Assembly (NCBI RefSeq): GCF_006345805.1
Contig: NC_043007.1
Location: 32,488,001-32,552,000 of the forward strand
Source: Octopus sinensis
Lineage: Eukaryota
DNA: 64,000 nt
Reading direction: 5' to 3'
The notes under the pieces are model-generated. The model ran no database searches, was not told where the DNA came from, and saw only the letters and a list, made by a program, of their open reading frames with translations. How positions within the stretch are numbered: the stretch's first letter is position 1; every line of letters begins with the position of its first letter. Of this stretch, positions 12,963 through 24,504 are shown piece by piece. The position numbers were made by a program, and so were the translations under genes.

Positions 12963-15900
12963 TATATATATATATTACTGGTTTAACCAACTTAATGTTT
13001 GCTGCATGGAGCCAAAATAGGCTTCTTTTTTTTCTTTTCTTTAATGATAGTCTACAATGAAGGCATTAGGCTTCATTATTTAATGTTGAAAAAGTTGGTC
13101 TTGGTAGTCTCTGACAATTTGCATTACAGTAGAGTTAAAACACAACCTTAGAAAGAATTAAAGAATAAAAGCAGTGAAAAACAAAAAGTTTCCAGGGTAC
13201 TGAAATATGAGTAATTATACGGCAAACCAGCCAGCAGATATCTATTTACTATCATTCACTACCTGTAACATTGGCCTGTACAGCACCTAATTTAAATTAC
13301 AAATGAATTAGGCCATTGAGTTGGGTGTCTTTGTCAATGATACAACCCAGTAGCCGTGATGGGATTCATGATGTACTCATGGCTGAATTAACCTAACCAT
13401 TCACCCTGTAAAAAAGGGCCACTTCTCTTACGTTCACCTTCCAGTCACCTGATCGTGTGCCCTGACATTTCTTCACCATCTTCTCTCCTTTTCCAGCTGA
13501 AGTAGAAATGTATCTCCTTTTCCAGCAAAACACCTGTTTCTGTCTCTCTCTGTCATACTCCAGTTTCTCATCTCTTGGCATACAGTCGCTTCCTTTAACA
13601 CTTCACCTCTACCGTCCTTAGTTGAGGAGGGGGTCCTATCTTGCAAGTTACTTGGTGAACTACTAGTGCCAGTAATACCTAAAAATCACCCAGAACACTG
13701 TGAAGAGGTTGGCATTAGGAAGGGCATACAGCCATCGAAACCCTACCAGTATGGGAAAATGAATGTTGAACAATGCTGAGGATGGTTTCAAGTTTAGAGA
13801 AGTCTACTTAACTGAACAGCAATAAAGTGCTAGTTCAGCATGCGTACACACACAAATAAATATACTATTTCACAAACTCTATCTAGAAAGAAAGAAAGAA
13901 AGAGAGAAAGAAGGAAGGAAGAAAATTCAATTTTAATTTCATAAGTTCATCAAGTTCATCAATTATAACAACTGCAGAATAATGAAGCCTTAAATTTTTA
14001 AGGTTGTCATATTATGCCTCAAGAAAACCATATTAAAATTATACATCGTTATGTCTGTAATAAGGACAAAAGTATTTTACTAAATTCTTCATTATTTTCA
14101 AAATTAATTAAAACAAAAATAGTGTATTCCAACAGAAACATGGCAAGAAAAGGGTTAAGAAAAATCCAGAGAAATTTACGCAGAATCTCACTGAGTCACA
14201 CTTCAAACTCCTCAGTAAATATAATTTAATTCCTGTCCCTGCTCATCTAAGGGGTGAGCAGGCATCACCCACTTCCTTTTACTTCACTACTTAAATATAG
14301 CAGTTCCAAAAGGACTTTTTCTTTTTTTCCTTTCTTGTGAGTCAAATATTTCTCAGCTGCTCAAAAACTCAACAAGCATTTACGGGTTACATAAGGAAAT
14401 AGTCATCAAGATTCAAGTTTTCTTAGAAACTATTCTATCTCTGCATATGTCAAGAACACTTTTTCAACCATCTACCTCGTAGTATAAAGATTAATATCCA
14501 CTGGCCTATATCTATCAACCTTGTAACTGAGCACAATAAATTGTGGGATGTTTAAAGTATGAGAGAACGTGGGCTTCAGCAGCTGGGAAGCCACTCAGAC
14601 GGTACTTTCAGTTCGAATCAGCGACTTTCTAACCATTGTTCATCAACTGCAATTTGTCAGTTCGATGTTCATGTTACAGTAGTTTCCGTATTTCAATGTT
14701 TGTAGCTGATGTCTTGGTGAGCAGGAGGGTTAAGTACCCCAGATCTTATTTTCCACACAAGACATACAAAAACACGAGGGGGACATTTAAAAAGAAATAC
14801 AAAACAAGAGATATTGGCAAGAACTAAAAGTTAGTTTGAGGTCAAATCATACAAAATAAGACAGAAACTGTGAAACTGAGGTGGGTTCTTAGTAAGATTT
14901 TCTGTAAACAGGAATCATTTGGAACATGCTTCCATAGACTGTCTGACTTATAACATAATTACAAACATCTTGAGTAAGAAGAAGTGGAAGACTATAATAT
15001 TTACGAGGAGATAATGCTGATTATTTTAAGAGGTGTGCTCGTTTGGCAAATGACTGAATATGAGGCTGTAGATGTAGATTATGTAGTGTGTAATATACCT
15101 GATTAATATGTACCAACAAGCCCTTCGTTAAAACAGAACTTCTGTAAAAGCTATGTATAGCTTCAATTGTAAGTCATTTTGACGTCAAATGTTTACTCTT
15201 GGGTAATAAATCAAAAGTTATCATCAAATGCCAACAAGGACAAGATTTTGTAATTCCATATTTAGGTAACAACTACCAAGACATATAACGTATATATGCA
15301 CACACAAGGAGACAGAGGTACGTACACACACACGAATACATAAATGTGTAGAATACAAATGCACATACATGCATACATATCTATGTGCATATACACACTG
15401 ACCCACATACATGCAAACAAACAAAAAGAATGCAGTTCGGATAATGGACAGAGTCAATGACTATTGAAAAGGTTGCAAGACACAATGAAAATTTTACAAA
15501 AAATAAATAAGCAGAAATCGAACCGGTGAGTGTGTTAAATACTAAGGTACTAAAAGAGAATGACTCTCCTCCAGACACAATATATATACACACACACACA
15601 CCCTCTCCTCAAATTACAATCTATGCAACATATGACCATCTGCACTTACGACCACAAAAAATAAGGAAATAAAAAATAAATAAAAAATTGATTTTTGGGC
15701 GTTGGGCAGCTGTGTGTAGGATAACTATGGCAGCATTTGGCAACGCAGGCTTCCTTCAGACCCAGGTATCCACTGCCTGTCACTGACTCTCACTCAGTCA
15801 CTTTCAAATATCAGTTGTGTTTGAATGGAAATAAGTGTTGAAAAATATAAATCCAACACATCACCAGATTGACCTATGACCTGTCAGTCAGAACGGAACA

Positions 15901-16133
15901 GGGTCGTAAGTTGAAGAGGTGTGTGTGTGTACATGCACTCTACTAATATACATCTAGTCGGAAGTTTCTGTTTTCTATCTTTCTTGACCCCGCCCTCCCA
16001 CCCCTCTACCAGAACCGGAAGTTTCTGTTTTCTATCTTTCTTGACCCCCCCCCTCACCCCTATGTAGGGTTTATTGTGATCATATAGCGCAAAAACTTTG
16101 AAATTTATGCAGGTTGTAGTCTAGAGTCTCAGT

Positions 16134-19100
16134 ATGATATCTGGCAAATGCAAGCTTTCTTTTCAGGTACAGAACACTGCGGCCCCTCATCCCAGGGTCT
16201 CAGAGGCCCACACCTCCCACACCCTCAGGGTAGGCACCCTCAACGTTGGCACATTGAAAGGTAGGTCTGGCGAGATAGTCGAGATGCTTGAACGGAGACG
16301 TGTTGATGTATGTTGTATGCAAGAAATAAGGTGGAGAGGAGGATCTGCTAGGGTCCTCACAGGCAAGGGACACAGGTACAAGATTTTCTGGGCAGGGAAC
16401 ACTGACGGGGTTGGTGGCGTGGGTATAATTATCGCTGAGAAATGGATAGATAGAGTAATTGAGGTAATCAGAGTAAGTGACAGAATACTTAAGATTAGAA
16501 TAGTGCTTCATAATAGATTAGCAACCATATATCGTCGGCCTATGCCCCTCAGCCAGGGCTACCTGATGGACAGAAAGACAGTTTCTATGACACCCTACTG
16601 CAGACCACCTCATCGACGAACGACAGGGACCTTCTCTTTGTGGCTGGTGATTTCAATGGGCATGTTGGACGACATGCTGGGGGCTTCCATGGCGTACATG
16701 GAGGCTACGGTTATGGTTCCCGCAACGAGGAGGGAACCAGGCTGCTGGAGTTCTGCGATGCGAATAGTCTTATGGTCTGCAACACTAACTTCAGGAAACC
16801 AACAAGCCACCTGGTCACCTACCGATCGGGCCGGCATACTAGCCAAATCGACTACATCCTTGCCAGAAAAAGGGAAAGATGGCTGCTTAAAAATGCCAAA
16901 ACCTTCCCAGGCGAAGAATGCACCCCACAACATAGACTGGTAGTTAGTGACTTTAGGATCAGGACTAAGAGGGCGACTAGAAGACGACCAACATGGAGAA
17001 GAGGGTCTGGAAGCTTAAAGCCCCTGCGAATGGACAGAGATTTAGAGATATGTTACTTGAAGCCTTTGACGAAGTGGAAGGGGGTATAGCTACACATGGG
17101 GTAGAAGACAACTGGACGTTTCTGAGGGACAACCTGCTGAAAGCCGCTGACCAGATCTGTGGCTGGTGCAAAGTCCCCTTAAGACCCAAAATAACGTGGT
17201 GGTGGAACAATATTGTTGACAGGGCTATTAGACAAAAGAAACAGGCTTGGAAGGCCTGGAAGAACGGTGGTAGCAGGGAAGGGTATCAGACTGCCAGAAG
17301 GGAAGCTAGGAGACAGGTCTATCTAGCCAGAGGGGAAGCAGATAAGAGAAAATTTGCCAATGTCCTGCGCCGTGAGGATGAAAGACTTGAGGTATTTCGT
17401 GTTGCAAGACAGTGTGTGAGAGAGAATCGTGATGTGGTAGGGAGAAATGTGTTCGCATGGAGGATGGTTCACTTGCGCTAAATGAGGATGCAAAGAGAGA
17501 AGCTTGGAGACGCCACTATGAAAGGTTACTGAATGAGGAAAATGAATGGGATAAAGAGAGTCTGCCGAATGTTGACCCTACAGAGGGACCAGCTATCCGA
17601 GTTGATAGTTCCGTGGTAGCTAAGGCAATTAGAAGCATGAAGGCAGGGAAAGCCCCAGGCCCATCAGGAATTACTGCAGAGATGCTCAAAATATCTGGCA
17701 GTGTCGGCTATAACCTAGTCACCCGTATAGTCAACCAGGTGATACACGAAGGAGTCATACCCAATGACTGGTGCAGCAGCATACTAGTCAACTGCTACAA
17801 AGGTAAAGGTGATGCCCTAGATACAAATAATTACAGAGGTATCAAGCTGTTGGATCAAGTAATGAAGGTTACGGAGAGGGTCATAGCCCAACTAATCAGA
17901 GAGAGAGTTAGTTTAGATGAGATGCAGTTTGGGTTCGTGCCAGGAAAAAGTACCACTGATGCTATATTCCTGGTAAGGCAGCTGCAGGAGAAATACCTAG
18001 CCAAAGATAAGCCCCTGTACCTGGCTTTCGTTGACATGGAGAAAGCTTTTGATAGGGTCCCCCGATCCCTTATCTGGTGGTCAATGAGGAAACTAGGGAT
18101 AGATGAATGGCTGGTGAGGACTGTGCAAGCCATGTACAGAGATGCCGTAAGTAAGGTTAGGGTTGGCAACATGTACACAGAAGAATTCAAAGTAGAGGTT
18201 GGGGTCCACCAGGGTTCAGTACTCAGCCCCCTCCTATTTATCATAGTACTCCAGGCAATTACGGAGGAATTCAAGACAGGCTGTCCCTGGGAGCTCCTCT
18301 ACGCTGACGACCTTGCTCTTATTGCTGAGTCACTATCAGAACTGGAGGAGAAGTTCCAGGTGTGGAAGAGGGTTTAGAATCAAGGGGCCTTAGAGTCAAC
18401 CTAGCTAAAACCAAAGTACTAATAAGTAGAAAGGTAGACAATCCACAAATATCTTCAGGAAGATGGCCCTGCTCGATCTGTAGAAAAGGTGTAGGTAGAA
18501 ACTCTATAAGATGTACCCAGTGTAAGCTATGGACACATAAGAGGTGCAGCAATGTCAAAGGTAGGCTAACTGGGAAGATAGTTTTTGTATGTGGCAGATG
18601 CTCGGGAGCATTAACCCCGAAAATCTGCAGAAAACAACTTCCGTCACTTTCCAGGGGGAAAAACTAGAAGTAGTTGATAGCTTCCGTTATCTAGGTGACC
18701 AAGTCAGTAGTGGGGGTGGGTGCGCTGAAAGTGTAACTGCTAGAATAAGAATAGCCTGGGCAAAGTTTAGGGAGCTCTTACCTCTGCTGGTGACTAAAGG
18801 CCTCTCGCTCAGAGTAAAAGGCAGACTGTATGATGCGTGTGTACGAACAGCCATGCTACATGGCAGCGAAACATGGGCTGTGACTGCTGAGGACATGCGT
18901 AAGCTCGTGAGGAATGAAGCCAGTATGCTCCGATGGATGTGTAATGTCAGTGTACATACTCGACAGAGCGTTAGCACCTTGAGAGAAATGTTGTACCTAA
19001 GAAGCATCAGTTGTGGTGTGCAAGAGAGACGATTGCGCTGGTATGGTCATGTGGCGAGAATGGATGAAGATAGGTGTGTGAGAAAGTGCCAATCCCTAGC

Positions 19101-19253
19101 AGTTGAGGGAACCCGTGGAAGAGGTAGACCCAGGAAAACCTGGACGAGGTGGTGAAGCACGACCTTCGAACTTTAGGCCTCACTGAGGAAATGACCAGAG
19201 ACCGAGACCTTTGGAAATATTCTGTACGTGAGAAGACCAGGCAGGACAAGTGA
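16134..19253 (+). mobile_element. RTE-clade LINE ORF (APE endonuclease, reverse transcriptase, PHD-type finger), six single-base frameshifts
   Basis: Six abutting ORFs stitch into about 1,040 codons. EN motifs TLNVGTL, MQE, SAYAP, GDFNGHVG, QIDYIL, PQH; RT motifs KAPGPSG, NYRGIKLL, FVDMEKAFDRV, GVHQGSVLSP, YADD (about 18300); C-terminal RGRGRPRKTW...DL; stop TGA at 19251-19253. Confidence 0.97.
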
Positions 19254-19337
19254 GCCCAGCCCACTTATGAATGCCTTTCCTCCCTTGGACACAAAGACCA
19301 GTTGAGGCAAGCGAAGTCGATATAGAACCTCATCCGA

Positions 19338-19795
19338 CGACAGACACCCATCCCAACCCCCCATGCTTGCGAAGACATGTTGGGGCAAGCGAAATCGAAA
19401 TCGAAACCGAATTGAACCAGCCAGGATCCCTGGCCTGGTGGTGGTACGTAAAAAGCACTATCCGACTCGGGGCCGTGGCACGTAAAATACTCCAATGCGA
19501 CCGTACGACAGGCACCCATGCCAACCCCCTTTGCTTGTGAAGACATGTTGGGGCAAGCGAAATCGAAATCGATTTGAACCAGCCAGGATCCCTGGTCTGG
19601 TTGGTACGTAAAAAGCACTATCCGACTCGTGGCCGTGGCACGTAAAATACTCCAATGCGACCGTACGACAGGCACCCTTGCCAACCCCCTTTGCTTGTGA
19701 AGACATGTCGGGGCAAGCGAAATCGAAATCGAATTGAACCAGCCAGGATCCCTGGTCTGGTGGTACGTAAAAAGCACTATCCGACTCGTGGCCGA
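19338..19795 (+). repeat. About 2.8 tandem copies of a 160-168-bp unit in the LINE 3' UTR
   Basis: CGACAG(A/G)CACCC unit starts at 19338, 19506 and 19666. Confidence 0.9.
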
Positions 19796-20079
19796 TGCCA
19801 GCACCGCCTCGACTGGCTTCCGTGCCGGTGGCACATAAAATACACCAATCTGACCGTGGCCGTTGCCAGCCCCGCCTGGCACCTGTGCAGTGGCACGTAA
19901 AAAGCACCCACTACACTCACGGAGTGGTTGGCGTTAGGAAGGGCATCCAGCTGTAGAAACATTGCCAAATTAGACTGGAGCCTGGTGCAGCCTTCTGGCT
20001 TCCCAGAACCCCGGTCGAACCGTCCAACCCATGCTAGCATGGAGAACGGACGTTAAACGACGATGATGATGATGATGAT
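19796..20079 (+). mobile_element. 3' terminal tail of the RTE LINE ending in (GAT)n
   Basis: Contiguous with the LINE 3' UTR; ends GCTAGCATGGAGAACGGACGTTAAACGACGATGATGATG. Confidence 0.9.
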
Positions 20080-20279
20080 TAACAAGTGTTAATTTGTAAG
20101 AAAGCATAAAATGGTTAATGAATTCCATCTCCATCACATATAATAAGCAGCTACTTTCCAATATTTTCATTCGGGGAAACAGTATAATAAGAACCATGGA
20201 TCACTAAGTAAACCAATTAGCTCTACAATCTGTAAAAGTATTCCAATTTCTTCAACAAACCATCCTTGTTTTTCTCAAT

Positions 20280-20510
20280 TTAACCCTTTTGTTACCAACC
20301 TGGCTGAAACCGGCTCTGGCTCTTTAATATACATGTCTTGTTTTCATAAGCGTTGAATTAAAAATCTTCCACCAAACCTTAGTCACAATTTATGTTCCTA
20401 ACACTAGCTTAATGATGACAAAGTTATATTACTAAATTCTTTGTTATATTTAAAATTAATGGAAAGAAACACAGAGCATCTCAAAATAAATTCAGTAATG
20501 AAAGGGTTAG
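20280..20510. mobile_element. piggyBac-type MITE, second family
   Basis: TTAA|CCCTTTTGTTAC ... GTAATGAAAGGG|TTAG terminal inverted repeats. Confidence 0.65.
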
Positions 20511-21258
20511 ATTGATATGAAAAAGGCATAAAGAATTAACAATCAGCAAACCCTATTGTTTGTTTCTCTTTCTCAACTAAAGGCATCTGCTTCAGTGAGT
20601 GTCCCTTGATGAAGATTATGTAGGAGGTGCAAAGTTACTGATCTGCAGAATTTAATCTACTGCAATTTTATCTAAACTTGAATTTATTTATTTCCGAAGT
20701 ATATTCAGTTAATTTAGATGTTTGAACAGAGGTCTTCATCTTAATCTTTTTACTTTTTAAATTGTGTAAATGAATCTTATAAAAATTCAAATTTCAAACG
20801 GTCTAAATTTCACTGAGGCCATCACTCAGAATCAAAGATGACGTGATGGCAGGTATCAGGCTTTCACTAATTACTTCAGCAGGTGTGTAAGTAGTCATGA
20901 GCAGATAGCCACCTCAACCCTTAGCTTGTACTTTCTTTATCAACCCAAAAAGGATGAAAGGCAAAGTTGACCTTCGTGGAATTAGAGCCCAGGATGCAGA
21001 GAAGTCAAACAAATATCATAATACATTTTATCTGAAGCTCTAATAACTCTGCCAATCAAAAGCCTTAAGATTTCACTACACAAAATCAAAATCAATCTTA
21101 GATAAGTTTGTAAAATTGGAGCAGAATTGTTTTACCCCATTCAAAAGCAAGAGTACTTCTCACTTTTTGGAGTTAGCTAGCACTCATTCAAAATATTTAT
21201 TATTATATCATGTACTTAATATATTATTAATATTTACTGCAAGAATAATACAGAAGAA

Positions 21259-21463
21259 CTTTTTAAACCAACCATATCTGGCCTAAATATTCTACCTTGT
21301 TTTATTTTCAAACTAATCAGATATAGCCTCTCACACCTACACTACAATGTCGTTCTAAAATTAAACAATTACATCATCAAAATCTTAAAGCTATGAGATA
21401 ATGTATAATTAATTCAAAATTATGTGAATAAATAAGTATAACATTTGAATGCTAAAGGGTCAA
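21259..21463. mobile_element. piggyBac-type MITE, partial
   Basis: CCATATCTGGCC...AAATATTCTACC...GAATGCTAAAGGGT; matches 54197-54428. Confidence 0.65.
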
Positions 21464-22245
21464 GCAAGAATGATAAATTACAATATCAGGATTTGGTACA
21501 TATAATGCTCATTAACCATGAAAAAAATTGCTAAAAATATCTAATTTGATGATAGTAACTGACACTAGAATTGGTTGCCCCTGGTGCTGGTTCCAAAATA
21601 ATAGTGCACCAATTAAATAAGAACTATTTGGATTTCAGATTTCAGATTTACTTCATTGAGAGACATGCAGGGTTCATGAAGAAAAAAACCGAGTCAGTAT
21701 TTCCCCTGCATATTGCAAAATGGGGAATATTCCATTTGCCAAGGTATATCATAAGAACTAGCCTCCCTGTGCTGGATAACTGTTAACCAAGGCATAAAAG
21801 AATCTATGTGTTGTGTGTGAGTGCATGCACACAAGCTGCCCGGTTGAATGAATCCACCGATGTAAAGCTCAGCTTCTAACATTCACAAGATTTTGTTTGT
21901 AATAAAGACATCAGGGAGCAATTTTATTTTGTAAGTCATTATCAGAAGCAACAAGAGGAAAAGATATTTTTATGTCAAGTTATTTCTACTCCCATAATTA
22001 ATCATGGAAAATATATATCTGCATAGACGGTGTATGTTGAGAATGCAATTTTTTTTTTTTTCTTATATACACCATTTTATCTGCAGAAAAGACCTCATCT
22101 CAAAATCATAAACTTCTGAACTTTATGCAGGGAAAAAGGAAATATTCTTAGTTGCACTGACAAAAATGAATTCTTTTAAAGAAAAACTAACATGATAAGA
22201 GTCACACAAACACATTATATATACATATATATATACACACACACA

Positions 22246-22408
22246 CGATGGGCTATTTTCAGTTTCCGTCTACCAAATCCACTCACAAGGCATTGATCAG
22301 TCCGAAGCTATAGTAGAAGACACTTGCCCAAGGTGCCATGCAGTGGGACTGAACCCAGAACCATGTGGTTGGTAGGCAAGCAACTTACCACATAGCCACT
22401 CCTGCGCC
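22246..22408 (-). mobile_element. SINE family A, 5' half
   Basis: Ends CCACATAGCCACTCCTGCGCC, the reverse complement of the head. Confidence 0.85.
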
Positions 22409-22709
22409 TATACATCTTCAGTGGATAAGAGGGACAGATGTCAATGCTAAACATGTCTGAGTCAGTGAAATTTACCATTTCAGAAGAAGATAAGTATCCA
22501 GAAATCAGAAGTGGGAGGCTGAAACTGCAGCAGGCATCAACAGACACAGCTTCATCCTGGTTCACTCTCCCGTTTAGCAACTCCTTCATCACAACAAAAA
22601 CACTCAAAGCAATCCTTTTCTTAACTTCATATCTTTGGGAAGTTTGTTTCCCTTCCGTAAACATGATAACAACAAGTACGGGCAATACAACCAGTATTAC
22701 TAAAAAAAT

Positions 22710-23420
22710 GTAGCAGATTGTCGTTGCTCATAATCCCTGCTGGACATATGAAAGGGGCAACAGTGGCGAGTGGGCCAGTTTTGTCGATTGTGCCCTGCTG
22801 GACATATGAAAGGGGCAACTGTGGCGAGTGGGCCAGTTTTGTCGATTGTGCCCTGCTGGACATATGAAAGGGGCAACTGTGGCGAGTGGGCCAGTTTTGT
22901 CGATTGTGCCCTGCTGGACATATGAAAGGGGCAACTGTGGCGAGTGGGCCAGTTTTGTCAATTGTGCCTTGCTGGACATATGAAAGGGGCAACTGTGGCG
23001 AGTGGGCCAGTTTTGTCGATTGTGCCCTGCTGGACATATGAAAGGGGCAACAGTGGCGAGTGGGCCAGTTTTGTCGATTGTGCCCTGCTGGACATATGAA
23101 AGGGGCAACTGTGGAGAGTGGGCCAGTTTTGTCGATTGTGCCCTGCTGGACATATGAAAGGGGCAACTGTGGCGAGTGGGCCAGTTTTGTCGATTGTGCC
23201 CTGCTGGACATATGAAAGGGGCAACTGTGGCGAGTGGGCCAGTTTTGTCGATTGTGCCCTGCTGGACATATGAAAGGGGCAACTGTGGCGAGTGGGCCAG
23301 TTTTGCCGATTGTGCCCTGCTGGACATATGAAAGGGGCAACTGTGGCAAGTGGGCCAGTTTTGTCGATTGGGAAGTAGTGCTTCTTTAGACTGGAGTTAA
23401 CTGTGGAGATGGAACCACTT
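22710..23420 (-). pseudogene. Degenerate duplicate of exon segment 26852-26989, expanded internally by the 58-bp array
   Basis: Left flank GTAGCAGATTGTCGTTGCTCATAAT vs exon GTAGCAGGTTGTTGTTGCTCATGAT; right flank TAGACTGGAGTTAACTGTGGAGATGGAACC vs exon TAGACTGGCGGTAACTGTGGAGATGGAACC. Exon Tyr TAT has become TAA (23386-23388), plus a 5-bp deletion. Confidence 0.85.
22735..23370. repeat. Minisatellite, 11 x 58 bp
   Basis: Unit CCCTGCTGGACATATGAAAGGGGCAACTGTGGCGAGTGGGCCAGTTTTGTCGATTGTG starts at 22735 and recurs every 58 bp to 23315; only a few substitutions. Confidence 0.97.
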
Positions 23421-23976
23421 TCAATGTCTCGACTCTGTAGTCTTTCTGCCCAATCTGTTAAGTACTAACAACATTTACGCCAGTGCAAGTTGCACCTTTT
23501 TCGTTCATACACTACACCCAGTGAGTGCATATTCCTTTGAAACAAAGTGCAATGTGTGCACTCGTGTTTGTTTTAAAACAATTTTAATGCTCTCGTTTCA
23601 TTTTTATATGTTACAAAACTTCTAAAAATCTGATGGTCTGCCATAACACTCTTGGCACTTTATTCACACAGATGTGAATTGAACCAGACTGAAAATCACA
23701 GAAATTCTCAGAAATTACAATATTACAACAGTGAATAAGTTCATCTAAGAATAATGATGATATATTATCCGTTAAAAAATGTTGTTCTCATAATACAAGT
23801 GCTATTTCACACAATCCCACACCTCATGTAATTGCTATGGAAACAATTATAATCACAGGAAAACATAGAATGTAATTTAAGTTTAACATGATATCAGTCT
23901 GAAGAGTTCCAATTTTTTTTAGAACCATCTCTACTTTTTTTTTCTTTTTTTTGGTTAAAATTATGACAAATATATA

Positions 23977-24199
23977 CAAGGGGGTGCTGAAAGGTTCCTG
24001 GCTTTAAGGGCATCGCAAAAGGCTTGGTTGGAGGCCCAACTTTCTGAGTTGTTTTACAGGGCTTAGTAAAACTGAAGGGTCACTGCAATAAGCATATAAA
24101 TCTCAAAGTGGAATGTGTTGACTAAAATCATAATTAACTGATCCTCCTGTGGGATTTTTTTTTTTTGTCCAAAGCCAGAAACTTTTCAGCATGCTTTCA
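23977..24199 (+). mobile_element. Mariner-derived MITE, complete
   Basis: TA|CAAGGGGGTGCTGAAAGGTTCCTGGCTTT ... AAAGCCAGAAACTTTTCAGCATGCTTTCA|TA, with a transposase C-terminal remnant inside. Confidence 0.75.
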
Positions 24200-24504
24200 T
24201 ACACAGCATGAAATAAACAAATTCCACCATAATATCGAATGAACGGGACAAGCCTATCATTGTCATCAATAATTGATACAAGGCAACTTTCAAGTCAATG
24301 GGATGTTACCTAGGTTGGCCTAAGCAAGCAGAATATGGCAGTGACAAGGTTCAACTCAAGACACATAAACCAAAATCTTTCAGGAATAAAACATTCATTA
24401 GCATTTTTAAAAAAAAAGAGCAATACAGTTAATTTAAAACAGGTTCTGAGAACATAAAAACCTGGAAAAAAATATTACGAAATGGAACTAAAAGTCTGAC
24501 TTAC

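Noticed and set aside
19265-19907. ORFs of up to 205 aa after the LINE stop
   Set aside because: Artefacts of the GC-rich tandem 3' UTR; multiple frames on both strands and no domain.
22735-23370. Possible CRISPR-like array
   Set aside because: Units are contiguous with no unique spacers, the context is eukaryotic, and the unit derives from the neighbouring exon.
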